DNA of 64,000 nucleotides from Candidatus Versatilivorator sp. GTDB taxonomy: Bacteria; Acidobacteriota; Terriglobia; Versatilivoradales; Versatilivoraceae. This document shows positions 9,162 to 18,563 of the stretch, one piece after another. Both the position numbers and the translations under genes were made by a program. Below the pieces are notes generated by a model. That model saw only the letters and a program-made list of their open reading frames with translations. It had not been told where the DNA came from and searched no databases. Each line of letters begins with the position of its first letter. Positions within the stretch are counted from its first letter, which is position 1. The stretch spans positions 2,624,001-2,688,000 of the forward strand of contig OZ242296.1 of assembly GCA_965207735.1 (NCBI GenBank), read 5' to 3'.

Positions 9162-9910
9162 TACTCGCGGATCGTGATTCCGGCTTCTTCGAACAACTGA
9201 AACGTCGAGTCGTTCAAGGGATACCCCATATTGAACACCACCTCGGCGATCCCGCTGTTGATGATCATCTTGGCGCACATCAGGCAGGGCGAAAAGGTGG
9301 AATAGAGGCATCCGTCCTTGACGCTGGTGCCGTGGTAGGCCGCTTGAGTGATGGCGTTCTCCTCGGCGTGGGAACACAGGCACTCATCCAGTCGGGTCCC
9401 ACTGGCTGCAAGTCCGCCGCAGCGCGGACACCCACCCTCGTTGCAGTTCCTCGTTCCGCGAGGGGTGCCGTTGTAGCCGGTGGAGATGATCCTGCGGTCT
9501 TTCACCACCACCGCCCCCACTTTGCGCTTGATGCAGTTGCTCCGCATGGACGCCACCTGGGCAATCCTCATGAAATACTCATCCCAGGACGGCCGCCGCG
9601 ACCCGGCCATTTTCTGCCGAACCAGGCGATTGAGACTCGCCAACGCTTCCACTTCCGATTGGCGAGGCGACAGCACCAGGTCAAAGGGCACTGCCGGCTC
9701 CACGGATTCACCGATGCAAACCAGCACCATTCCCGCTTCCTGCAGGGACTCCCAATCGGGAGGCAGCCGCCGCTTCCGAAAAACCAGGTGCTGCGACTGG
9801 TCCCGCGGCAGGTCCTGGGTGGACCGGCACGAACCGAACCCCTTCTCGTTCAGGTCATTTTGCAGAGCGAGGGTCAGTGGCGAATCTTCCCCGAACAACC
9901 CGATAATCAT
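9149..9910 (-). CDS. dCMP deaminase family protein with N-terminal extension
   Basis: RPSWDEYFM, STGYNGTP, HAEENA and PCLMC zinc motifs; ATG 9910 (MIIGLFG) preferred over the longer ORF start. Confidence 0.9.
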   Translation of the reverse strand: MIIGLFGEDSPLTLALQNDLNEKGFGSCRSTQDLPRDQSQHLVFRKRRLPPDWESLQEAGMVLVCIGESVEPAVPFDLVLSPRQSEVEALASLNRLVRQKMAGSRRPSWDEYFMRIAQVASMRSNCIKRKVGAVVVKDRRIISTGYNGTPRGTRNCNEGGCPRCGGLAASGTRLDECLCSHAEENAITQAAYHGTSVKDGCLYSTFSPCLMCAKMIINSGIAEVVFNMGYPLNDSTFQLFEEAGITIREYRLV

Positions 9911-10060
9911 CCTGCAATCCCCTTTATCCAGCTCACCCCCAAAGCGGTCCAGGCAGAGACCCGTCTTGGAGCGATTGCCCACGGCGACTGTTGCCGGCTG
10001 GTCCAGATTACCATAAGATCCCGATGGTGCGAGCATGCCCCGACACTAGGAGAAAAACCC

Positions 10061-10687
10061 ATGAACATTCTGGATCCGTCCATCGTTCGCTACCTCCATT
10101 CCCTGACTCCCCCGAGGGACCCCACGCTCCGGGAAATGGAGCGCATCGCCGCCGAGAAGAGATTTCCCATCATCGGCCCCCTGGTAGGTCGACTTCTCTT
10201 CCAACTGGCGCTACTGACGCGGGCGAAACGCATCTTCGAGCTGGGATCCGGCTACGGTTACTCGGCGATCTGGTTTGCAAGGGGCTTGCAACCGGGGGGA
10301 CGGATTATCTGTACCGATGGGTCCGGGACCAACGCCGCCCTGGCCGCACGGTTTTTCAAACAGGCGCAAATCGAAGGTCTGGTAGACTACCGAACCGGTG
10401 ACGCCCTTTCCCTGCTGGCCGAAGAGCCGGGATCCTTCGACATCATCCTGAACGACGTGGACAAGCACGAGTATCCCGAGGTATTTCGGCAGGCGGTCCC
10501 CAGACTGAAAAAGGGGGGATTGCTCGTCACCGACAACACCCTGTGGCAGGGGAGGGTGGTGAGCGACGACGATGCCGCCACCACGGCGGGAGTTCGAGCC
10601 TTCAATCGACTGGCTTTCCATTCCGAGGAAGTCCTGACAACCATTATTCCCCTCAGGGATGGCGTGGCTCTGAGCATCAAGCGATGA
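10061..10687 (+). CDS. O-methyltransferase (YrrM/COMT-like)
   Basis: AGGAG RBS before ATG 10061; ELGSGYGYS, FDIILNDVDK, DNTLWQG and IPLRDG motifs. Confidence 0.9.
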   Translation: MNILDPSIVRYLHSLTPPRDPTLREMERIAAEKRFPIIGPLVGRLLFQLALLTRAKRIFELGSGYGYSAIWFARGLQPGGRIICTDGSGTNAALAARFFKQAQIEGLVDYRTGDALSLLAEEPGSFDIILNDVDKHEYPEVFRQAVPRLKKGGLLVTDNTLWQGRVVSDDDAATTAGVRAFNRLAFHSEEVLTTIIPLRDGVALSIKR

Positions 10688-11526
10688 ACATAGGACCCTA
10701 CCGCATTGTCTCCCTGGAAACCGGGCGTTTCGGCCTCGACGGCGGCGCCATGTTCGGGGTTGTCCCCAAGACTCTCTGGAGCAGGACCAATCCCAGCGAC
10801 GAGCGCAACCGAATCCCGCTGGCCATGAGGTCTCTGTTGATTCTGGATGAGAAGCGCAGGATTCTGGTTGACGCCGGCTGCGGCCACAAGTTCTCCGACA
10901 AGCTCAAGGAGATCTACCGACTCGACCATAGCCAATTCACCCTGGAGGACTCGCTGGCCGCCCATGGACTCGAGCCGGAAGACATCACCGACGTCATCCT
11001 GACACACTTCCATTTTGACCATGCCGGTGGGGCGACCCGCTACCGGAACGACCGGTTGGAGCTGACCTTCCCCTCGGCCAGGCACTACATTCAGCGGAGT
11101 CAATGGGAAAGGGCCCTGAGCCCTTCCGAGAAGGATCGGGGCAGCTACATGTCAATGGATATCGAGCCCTTCCGCGACCACGCCCAACTCACAATCCTGG
11201 AGGGCCCCTGTGAGCTGTTCCCCGGCCTTCAACTCCTGCTGTCCAATGGGCACACCCCGGGCCTGCAGATGGTCAAGATTCAGGACGGTGGCGCCACGCT
11301 TTTCTATTGCGGCGACATGATGCCCACCGCCTCTCATCTCCCCCTGCCCTACCTGATGGGGTATGACCTCTATCCCCTGACCACCATCGAGGAGAAGCGG
11401 CGCTATCTGCGGCAGGCTTGTGAAGAAAACTGGATCATCGCTCTGGAACACGATCCGGCACAGCAGGCCATTCGCATTCAGCCCGGCAGGAAACACTTCG
11501 AGGTATGCGAGTCGGTGGGGTTATGA
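10684..11526 (+). CDS. Metallo-beta-lactamase fold hydrolase (YtnP-like)
   Basis: LDGGAMFGVVPK, THFHFDHAGG, GHTPG and EHDP; ATGA overlap with the upstream gene. Confidence 0.92.
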   Translation: MNIGPYRIVSLETGRFGLDGGAMFGVVPKTLWSRTNPSDERNRIPLAMRSLLILDEKRRILVDAGCGHKFSDKLKEIYRLDHSQFTLEDSLAAHGLEPEDITDVILTHFHFDHAGGATRYRNDRLELTFPSARHYIQRSQWERALSPSEKDRGSYMSMDIEPFRDHAQLTILEGPCELFPGLQLLLSNGHTPGLQMVKIQDGGATLFYCGDMMPTASHLPLPYLMGYDLYPLTTIEEKRRYLRQACEENWIIALEHDPAQQAIRIQPGRKHFEVCESVGL

Positions 11527-11568
11527 CGGGATGGCAGCGGGGGGCTCCGCGGCCCTTACCGGCGATTT

Positions 11569-12441
11569 TCAGTCATCCTGCTCCACCCGAAAGACCACCT
11601 TGGCTCGATGTTCGGCGCCTATCGGCTCACCGTCCCGGTAGGCCGGGGCAAAGTCCCACCAGTGTTTCACCTCGTAGAGCGCTCGTTCGGTGAGTCCGAA
11701 CTCCAGACTGGACTCGGGGACGGCTTCAACCACCTCGCCGCTGGCATCCAGCTTCAAGACGATGCTCAGGCTGCCGGTCTCCTTTTTCTTCCTGGCCTTT
11801 TCGGTACGCCTGGGGAAGGTGCTCAAGAGGGTCACCGGTCCTCGCGTCCCCTTGCTCACAAATGGTGCGGCCACCCGCCGGCAACGGATCCTGGAACCAT
11901 AGATGTTCTTGCCGTAAAGCACTCCCAACTGGAATTTCTTGAGGCGATCGCTGCTGACTCCGATATTGATCTTTTCGAAGTTCTCCACGAACTCCCGATA
12001 ATCCGGCCCGCCGACCGGCTGCAGCCGATAGGCCAGCCTCCCTATCAGGAAGACGACCTTGCGCACTTCCCCCGGAAAGTCGAAGCTGTAGCCGAGCTCG
12101 AATCTGCGCCGCGTCCGCTGGCGGACGCAAGCCCGGGGATTGCCCTCCAGCTTGGACTTGCGGCCGTCGTATAGGAAGGAGTCGAATCGCAGGGGCTGGC
12201 CTTCCGCCGTTCGCATGGAGATCCGTTCCACCGAGAGGCACCGTCGGTTCTCCCCAATATTGATGATCTCCATGAAGGCTTCCCGGTTCGGGGTCAACTC
12301 GAACGCGAAGAGCATGGTGGAATCCACGTAGGCATGGTAGGCGCTGGCCTCGGGCAGAAAATCCGGGGTCGCCCGGACCGCGGATCCACCGAGCAAGGCC
12401 AGGCTCACGACCAGCCAAGGAATGCGCCACAGAGTTTTCAT
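11569..12441 (-). CDS. Secreted protein with C-terminal TonB_C-like domain
   Basis: Signal peptide MKTLWRIPWLVVSLALLGGSAVRA; C-terminal PRRTEKAR...LDASGEV...FGLTERA...WDFAPAYRDGEP. Confidence 0.7.
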   Translation of the reverse strand: MKTLWRIPWLVVSLALLGGSAVRATPDFLPEASAYHAYVDSTMLFAFELTPNREAFMEIINIGENRRCLSVERISMRTAEGQPLRFDSFLYDGRKSKLEGNPRACVRQRTRRRFELGYSFDFPGEVRKVVFLIGRLAYRLQPVGGPDYREFVENFEKINIGVSSDRLKKFQLGVLYGKNIYGSRIRCRRVAAPFVSKGTRGPVTLLSTFPRRTEKARKKKETGSLSIVLKLDASGEVVEAVPESSLEFGLTERALYEVKHWWDFAPAYRDGEPIGAEHRAKVVFRVEQDD

Positions 12442-12457
12442 GGTTGGTAATGTTGAA

Positions 12458-13285
12458 CTAAAGCACATCGGCAAAGGATCGCTTGACGTAGCGGAACAGG
12501 AGACCGCCGCACACGAAAGTAGCCAGAGCCATTCCGTAGAGGGGAATCATCTCCTGCCAGGAGGGCATCTCGGCAAACAGCAACATCTTGCGGTAAGCAA
12601 TCACGATTTCGGCCAACGGATTCAAGCGCATGGCCAGGACCAGCTTGTCGCTGACCTTGGCCAGGTGTTCTTCGGTAAAGAAAATCGGAGTAAACCAGAA
12701 CCAGAAGGTGAGGACCACTGCGACCACTTGGGCGGTGTCCCTCAGAAACACCTGAAGGCTCGAGACCACCCAACTCAAGCCCAGGGCAAACAGCATCAGG
12801 GGAAGCAGGTAGAGGGGAATCAACAGCACAAAAAAGCTCAGGTCCTGCAGGTAGAAGAGGATGATCACCAGGAAGATGGCCAAGCCGATCAGATGGTTCA
12901 CCAGGTTGGCGATCAGTACGGCCACCGGCAGAATCTCCGAGGGGAACACCGTCTTGGTGATCAGATTGGCGTTGTCCACCAGCACGTTGCTGGAGCGGGT
13001 CAGGGTCTCCTGGAACATCATCCAGGGAAGGATGCCACAGAACAGGTAGAGGGCAAAGCTGGCCGTTCCGTTCTCGGGAAACCGGGGATGTTGTATTTGC
13101 AGTTTCCAGATCACCGAAAACACGAAGGTGTAGCACACCAGCAGCGCCAGCGGATGGATCACCGACCAGAAGAGCCCCATGATCGAACCCACGTAGCGGC
13201 TCTTGAGATCGCGTTCGACCATCGACCGGATGAGACCCCGATGGCGAACGACCTTGCTGACGAAATTGACGATTAGACCGGTCAC
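12458..13285 (-). CDS. ABC-2 type polysaccharide export permease (Wzm/RfbA-like)
   Basis: RDLKSRYVGS.MG.FWS, NANLITKTVFP, TPIFF, LNPL and FADVL C-terminus. Confidence 0.9.
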   Translation of the reverse strand: MTGLIVNFVSKVVRHRGLIRSMVERDLKSRYVGSIMGLFWSVIHPLALLVCYTFVFSVIWKLQIQHPRFPENGTASFALYLFCGILPWMMFQETLTRSSNVLVDNANLITKTVFPSEILPVAVLIANLVNHLIGLAIFLVIILFYLQDLSFFVLLIPLYLLPLMLFALGLSWVVSSLQVFLRDTAQVVAVVLTFWFWFTPIFFTEEHLAKVSDKLVLAMRLNPLAEIVIAYRKMLLFAEMPSWQEMIPLYGMALATFVCGGLLFRYVKRSFADVL

Positions 13286-13317
13286 GGGACGAATCCGGCG
13301 GCGGGCGCCGGCGGTGA

Positions 13318-16300
13318 TTATTCGATGGTCAACAACAGGTCCTTGGTCTCAACGTGCTGCCCCGCCCCCACCAGGATACGGCTCACACGTCCGGCCACGG
13401 GAGCGTAAATCGTACTCTGCATCTTCATGGCTTCCAGGGTAAACAGCTTCTCGCCCCGGTCCACTCGCTGCTCCAACTGGACGAACACGTGGGTAATCAC
13501 CCCGGGCGACGGCGGCCCCACGTGCCCAGGCTCCCCGGGGCTGATCTTGGGATGGGCCGGGGCAGCTGCCTGCAGGCTCATGTCGCGCACCACCGCCTCT
13601 CGAGGCTGTCCGTTGAGCTCGAAGAAGACGGTTCGTCGGCCGTCGGGGTTGGGTTCGCTGATGGTCAGGAATTTGATCACCAGGGTCTTGCCGGGCTCGA
13701 TGTCCACCGCAATTTCGTCTCCCGACTGCATCCCGTAAAAGAACTGGGGAGTCGGGAGGACGCCGACATCGCCAAATTTCAGCTGCATCGCGACGTAGTT
13801 CAGAAACACGTCCGGGTACAACAGGTAACTCAACACCTCGTCATGGCGGACATCTCGGCCCAGCTTTCGCTCCAGGAACTTTCGAGTTTTGCCGAAATCG
13901 GCAGGCGGCAGATCGGCTCCGGGACGCGTCCGGCTCGGTTCAGCCCCCCTCAAGATGATTTTTTGCAGGCGAGGCGGCCATCCTCCCGGGGGAGTTCCCA
14001 GAGAACCGGCAAAGAGATCGATCACTGAATTGGGAAGCGCGAGATCGTGCTTGACGTCCAGGTGAAGCAGGTCCTCCGGATCCATCCCCTTGGCCAACAA
14101 AAAGAGTGTCAGGTCTCCCACCACTTTACTGGAAGGGGTGACCTTGACGATATCGCCAAAGAGTCGATTCACTTCGGCGTAGGTGGACTCCACCTCCCTC
14201 CAGCGGTAACCCAGGCCAACGGCCGCCGCCTGCTGGCGCAGATTGGTGTATTGCCCTCCCGGAATCTCGTGCAGATAGACCTTGGCATCTCCCGACCTGG
14301 GACCGCTATCGAAAGGTCGATAGAAGTCTCTTACCACCCCCCAGTAGTCCGAGTAGCCGCCCAGGACCTCGGGGTCGAGCCCCGTGTCCCGCTGCCGGCC
14401 GCGCACGGCTTCCACAATGGAGTTGAGATTGGGCTGGCTGGTCTGACCGCTCATCGACGAAACGGCGCCATCGACCACATCCACTCCGGACTCGGCAGCC
14501 TTGAGGATGGAAGCCGCGCTCACACCGCTGGTGTCGTGGGTGTGGAAGTGAATCGGAATCCCCACTTCCTGGCGCAGGGCTTTCACCAACTCGGCGGCGG
14601 CGTAGGGTTTGCAGAGTCCCGCCATGTCCTTGATGGCCAGGACGTGGGCGCCCATCTCCTCCAGCCGGCGGGCCATCTTGAGGTAGTAGTCAAGGGAGTA
14701 CTTGGGCCGTCGGGGATCGAGGATATCGCCGGTGTAGCAGATAGCGGCCTCGCAAACGGCCTGGGTATCCCGCACCGCCGCCATGGAGACTTCCATGTTT
14801 TCCACTGAATTCAGGGAATCGAAAATACGGAAGATATCTATGCCCTGCCTGGCCGCTTCCTTGATGAACTCGGTCACCACGTTGTCCGGGTAACTGGTGT
14901 ATCCCACCGCGTTGGAAGCCCGGAACAGCATCTGGAAGCAGATATTGGGAACCCGCTCTCGAAGTTGCCGCAGCCTCTGCCAGGGATCCTCGTTGAGGAA
15001 GCGCAGGGCGGTGTCGAAGGTGGCCCCGCCCCACATCTCCAGGCTGAAGAGCCGGGGCAATCGGTGGGCCAAGGCCTCGGCAGTCCTCAGAATGTCTATG
15101 GAACGCACCCGGGTAGCCAGCAGGGATTGATGCGCATCCCGGAAAGTGGTGTCGGTGATCAGCAGGTTCTCCTGCTCCCGCATCCACTGAGCAAACCCTT
15201 CCGGACCCAACTCGAGCAAGCGCTGGCGGGTACCCGGAGGCGGAGCGGTTCCCTTGGGGAAAGGGATCTCCGGCAGTGGCGCCGGCTGGATGTCTCGACT
15301 CGTCCTTGAAGTGGCGAATGTTTCGGGCCAGGGTTTGCCGGCGACTTCCGGATTCCCGTTGACAATCACTCCCGCCAGGTAGTCCAGCAGTCGGGTGGCT
15401 CGATCCCGTCTTCGTACAAAGCGGAAGAGCTCGGGGTACTCTTCCAGGAAACGGGTAGTGGCCAAGCCTTCCTGAAACACCCGATGGTTGACGATATTCT
15501 CGAGAAAGGGCACATTGGTCTTGACGCCACGCACCCGAAACTCTCGCAGGGCTCTATCCATCCGCTGGCAGGCTTCCTTGGGGTTCCTTCCCCAGGCCGT
15601 GGCCTTCGTCAGCAGGGAATCGTAGTAGGGAATCAGGACCGCCCCCCCCGAGACTGCGCCCCCATCCAATCGCAAGCCGAATCCTGCCGGAGAACGGTAG
15701 GTGGTGACCTTCCCGAAGTCGGGCGCGAACTGGTTTTCCGGGTCCTCCGCCGTAATACGGCACTGCAGGGCGCAACCGTAGAGCGGAATTTTCGCTTGCC
15801 GGGGCAGAGAGATCGGGGGGTCGTGCAACCGGTGGCCCTGGGCAATCAGGATCTGCGAGCGCACCAGGTCGATCCCCGTCACCCTCTCGGTCACGGTGTG
15901 CTCGACCTGGATTCGGGGATTGACCTCGATGAAGTACCATTCCCGACTGTCCACATCCAGAAGGAACTCGACCGTTCCGGCATTCACGTAGCCGACTTCA
16001 CGAGCCAAAACAACCGCCGCATCGCGCAGCTCCCGCCGAAGCTCTTCAGGTACCCCGGCGGCAGGCGCCACCTCCACCACCTTCTGATGTCTTCGCTGCA
16101 CCGAACAGTCCCGTTCATAGAGGTGCACGACCTGTCCATGCTCGTCGGCCAGGATCTGAACCTCCACATGCTTGGGCCGCTCGATGAAGCGCTCCAGGAA
16201 AAGGGCGCCGTTGCCGAAGGCAGCCTCCGCCTCACCTCGGGCTTCGGCCAATTGCTTTTCCAGGTCCTCGGCGGAACGGATGATCCTCATTCCCCGTCCT

Positions 16301-16791
16301 CCGCCGCCGAAGGCAGCCTTGGCAATCAAGGGGAATCCCAGCTCTGAAGCCGTTCGCAGAGCCGCCTGCCCGTCCTCCACGGGCTCGTCGGTACCCGGAA
16401 TCACGGGGATTCCCGCCTTCTTGGCCAGGCGGCGGGCAGCCAGTTTGTCCCCCAGCAACTCCAGCAGATGCGGTGTCGGACCCACGAAGATGATGTTCTC
16501 CCGCCGACAAGCCCGGGCGAACTCGGGATTCTCGGCCAGAAATCCGTACCCCGGATGGATGGCGCCCACCTTCTTGTCCCGGGCGATCGCCAGAATACCC
16601 TCAATATCCAGATAGGCCTCCACCGGCCCCTTCTCTCTTGGCAGGGCATAGGCCTCATCGGCCTTGAAACGGTGCAAGGCGACGCGGTCCGCCTCGGAGT
16701 AGACGGCGACTGTCCGCAACCCGAGTTCGGTGGCCGCCCTCATGATACGAATGGCGATTTCGCTACGGTTGGCAGCCAGGAGTTTCTTCAT
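13318..16791 (-). CDS. pyc: Pyruvate carboxylase
   Basis: ANRSEIAIR, GGGGRGMR, RDCSVQRRHQK, FRDAHQSL, HTHDT and biotinyl EAMKM. Confidence 0.98.
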   Translation of the reverse strand: MKKLLAANRSEIAIRIMRAATELGLRTVAVYSEADRVALHRFKADEAYALPREKGPVEAYLDIEGILAIARDKKVGAIHPGYGFLAENPEFARACRRENIIFVGPTPHLLELLGDKLAARRLAKKAGIPVIPGTDEPVEDGQAALRTASELGFPLIAKAAFGGGGRGMRIIRSAEDLEKQLAEARGEAEAAFGNGALFLERFIERPKHVEVQILADEHGQVVHLYERDCSVQRRHQKVVEVAPAAGVPEELRRELRDAAVVLAREVGYVNAGTVEFLLDVDSREWYFIEVNPRIQVEHTVTERVTGIDLVRSQILIAQGHRLHDPPISLPRQAKIPLYGCALQCRITAEDPENQFAPDFGKVTTYRSPAGFGLRLDGGAVSGGAVLIPYYDSLLTKATAWGRNPKEACQRMDRALREFRVRGVKTNVPFLENIVNHRVFQEGLATTRFLEEYPELFRFVRRRDRATRLLDYLAGVIVNGNPEVAGKPWPETFATSRTSRDIQPAPLPEIPFPKGTAPPPGTRQRLLELGPEGFAQWMREQENLLITDTTFRDAHQSLLATRVRSIDILRTAEALAHRLPRLFSLEMWGGATFDTALRFLNEDPWQRLRQLRERVPNICFQMLFRASNAVGYTSYPDNVVTEFIKEAARQGIDIFRIFDSLNSVENMEVSMAAVRDTQAVCEAAICYTGDILDPRRPKYSLDYYLKMARRLEEMGAHVLAIKDMAGLCKPYAAAELVKALRQEVGIPIHFHTHDTSGVSAASILKAAESGVDVVDGAVSSMSGQTSQPNLNSIVEAVRGRQRDTGLDPEVLGGYSDYWGVVRDFYRPFDSGPRSGDAKVYLHEIPGGQYTNLRQQAAAVGLGYRWREVESTYAEVNRLFGDIVKVTPSSKVVGDLTLFLLAKGMDPEDLLHLDVKHDLALPNSVIDLFAGSLGTPPGGWPPRLQKIILRGAEPSRTRPGADLPPADFGKTRKFLERKLGRDVRHDEVLSYLLYPDVFLNYVAMQLKFGDVGVLPTPQFFYGMQSGDEIAVDIEPGKTLVIKFLTISEPNPDGRRTVFFELNGQPREAVVRDMSLQAAAPAHPKISPGEPGHVGPPSPGVITHVFVQLEQRVDRGEKLFTLEAMKMQSTIYAPVAGRVSRILVGAGQHVETKDLLLTIE

Positions 16792-16793
16792 CG

Positions 16794-16971
16794 TTTACCT
16801 GAAACAACAGAAAAAAGAGTGATCCACGAAGGGCCACGAAGAACGACGAAGGGCCACTAAGGCGTTGAGGTTAACCGCGACGGGATACCAAGGTCACTAA
16901 AGAATTTTCGATTTCTGATTGTTTCACTTTCGTATGATCCGCCCGGCAGGCCGGGGGCTGGACTTGTCTGA
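16794..16971 (+). repeat. Family A dispersed repeat, copy 3, abutting the pyc start codon
   Basis: TTTACCTGA (16794-16802) ... CTTGTCTGA (16963-16971) around the conserved CACGAAG core. Confidence 0.9.
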
Positions 16972-17031
16972 ACAAAAGACTCCTATTCTATACACAAGCT
17001 CCGGCGGACGGAAAGCGGATTAGGCGTTGGC

Positions 17032-17055
17032 GGCGCCTACAAGAGACGCCCCTAC
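17032..17055 (-). repeat. GTAG-type REP-like imperfect palindrome
   Basis: Minus strand GTAGGGGCGTCTCTTGTAGGCGCC: GTAG foot followed by a GGCG...CGCC stem. Single copy in this window. Confidence 0.45.
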
Positions 17056-17197
17056 GGTTTCGCCAGGCGACGGCGATTCCGTGAGAGAAGGAGACCGGTG
17101 GTTGCCTGAGGGAACCCCGCAAGCGGTTTCCGCCAGCCCAGGTCCCGCCGTTGTAATGTAGAATGCTGAATGCTGAATCGGACGGATATCGTACTCG

Positions 17198-18430
17198 TTG
17201 AAAAAGATGGAAGAAGAAACCCTGTATCGATCGCTGAGGCTGCCACACAGGCCGGAAGGAAAGGTCGTCCTGCTTGTCCTGGACGGTGTCGGCGACATTG
17301 CAACCGCTGAAACTCGCTACCGGACCCCGCTGGAGGCCGCGGTCACTCCGAACCTGGATGAATTGGCTCAGGCCTCGGCCATGGGCAGAATGATCCCGGT
17401 CCTGCCGGGGATCACGCCGGGAAGCGGTCCCGGTCACCTGGGGCTTTTCGGCTACGATCCGGCGCTATTCCGAGTCGATCGAGGCGTGATCGAGGCTCTG
17501 GGGGTTGGCATCGACTTGAGGACCGACGACGTGGCCGCCCGCGCCAACTTCTGTACCGTCAATGCCGAGGGAGTCGTCACCGACCGCAGAGCCGGCCGCA
17601 TTGACAGCGGGCTTAACCGAACCCTATGTCAGAAACTGGGCTCCATTGGCAGGATCGGCGAGACGGAGGTTATTGTCCGCCGCGGGAGATCTCATCGCTT
17701 CGTGGTGGTTTTCCGGGGAGGCGGGATCGCCGGGCCTCTCCCGGATTCCGACCCTCACGGCACAGGTCTCCCCGTAAGGCCAATCATAGCCCAAAGCCGG
17801 GAGCGCAAGGTCAGAAGGGCGGCCGAGGTGATCGCCCGATTCTACCGGCAGGCCACGCCTCTGCTGGCGGAAGACTATCCAGCCAACGGTTTCCTCTTGA
17901 GGGGCATTGGCAGCCTCCCCCGAATCCCCGGCTTTGAGGAGCGGTTCCGACTGAGGGCCGCGGCGATCGCCGCTTATCCCATGTACCGGGGACTGGCCCA
18001 ACTGATTGGAATGCGGACTCTGAAAGAAGCAAGGGAGATCGGGCAACAGTTTCGACAGTACCTCGACGAGTGTGAAGGCTTCGACTATTTCTTCATCCAC
18101 GTCAAGGGTACGGACATGGCCGGGGAGGACGGCGATTTCGATGGCAAGGTGGCCGTGATCGAGGCCGTGGACCGGGCTCTACCCATTCTCTTGCAAAAGC
18201 GTCCCCTGGTGCTGGCCATCACGGGGGACCATTCGTCCCCGGTGGCGCTGAAATCTCACAGTTGGCACCCCCAGCCGGTTCTGTTGAACAGCCCGGTTTC
18301 CGGAAGCGACGGACTGAGCCGATTCACCGAAACCTGTGCCAACCGGGGCTCGCTAGGGGTGTTCCAGAGCAAATACTTGATTCGATTGATGATGGCTAAC
18401 GCGGGACTCTTTGCCAAGTTCGGCGCCTGA
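17198..18430 (+). CDS. apgM: 2,3-bisphosphoglycerate-independent phosphoglycerate mutase (archaeal-type)
   Basis: VLDGVGD, TPLEAA.TPNLD, PGSGPGHLGLFGYDP, TDMAGEDG, TGDHSSP and HSWHP. Confidence 0.9.
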   Translation: MKKMEEETLYRSLRLPHRPEGKVVLLVLDGVGDIATAETRYRTPLEAAVTPNLDELAQASAMGRMIPVLPGITPGSGPGHLGLFGYDPALFRVDRGVIEALGVGIDLRTDDVAARANFCTVNAEGVVTDRRAGRIDSGLNRTLCQKLGSIGRIGETEVIVRRGRSHRFVVVFRGGGIAGPLPDSDPHGTGLPVRPIIAQSRERKVRRAAEVIARFYRQATPLLAEDYPANGFLLRGIGSLPRIPGFEERFRLRAAAIAAYPMYRGLAQLIGMRTLKEAREIGQQFRQYLDECEGFDYFFIHVKGTDMAGEDGDFDGKVAVIEAVDRALPILLQKRPLVLAITGDHSSPVALKSHSWHPQPVLLNSPVSGSDGLSRFTETCANRGSLGVFQSKYLIRLMMANAGLFAKFGA

Positions 18431-18563
18431 TCACCCGCCCCCCCTTCGTATCATTCGACTAGTTGAGTTTGAATGGTCGAGCATGTAAAATCCCGACCGA
18501 ATCGGCTACAGCGTGCGACGCACTCGTGACGATGTCCTTCAAGTGCCTGCACGGGAGGTTTCC

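Noticed and set aside
9080-10060. Recurring peptides MPLRRSSCPFVDKSF and HEGPRRTTKGH in several ORFs (9080, 45568, 60119, 2728, 16860)
   Set aside because: Translations of the family A repeat; length-variable A tracts break frame between copies, so they are not a conserved protein domain. Real starts are 10061 and 45385.
18431-18563. Cobalamin riboswitch upstream of the corrinoid module
   Set aside because: Region is short and lacks a recognisable B12 box.
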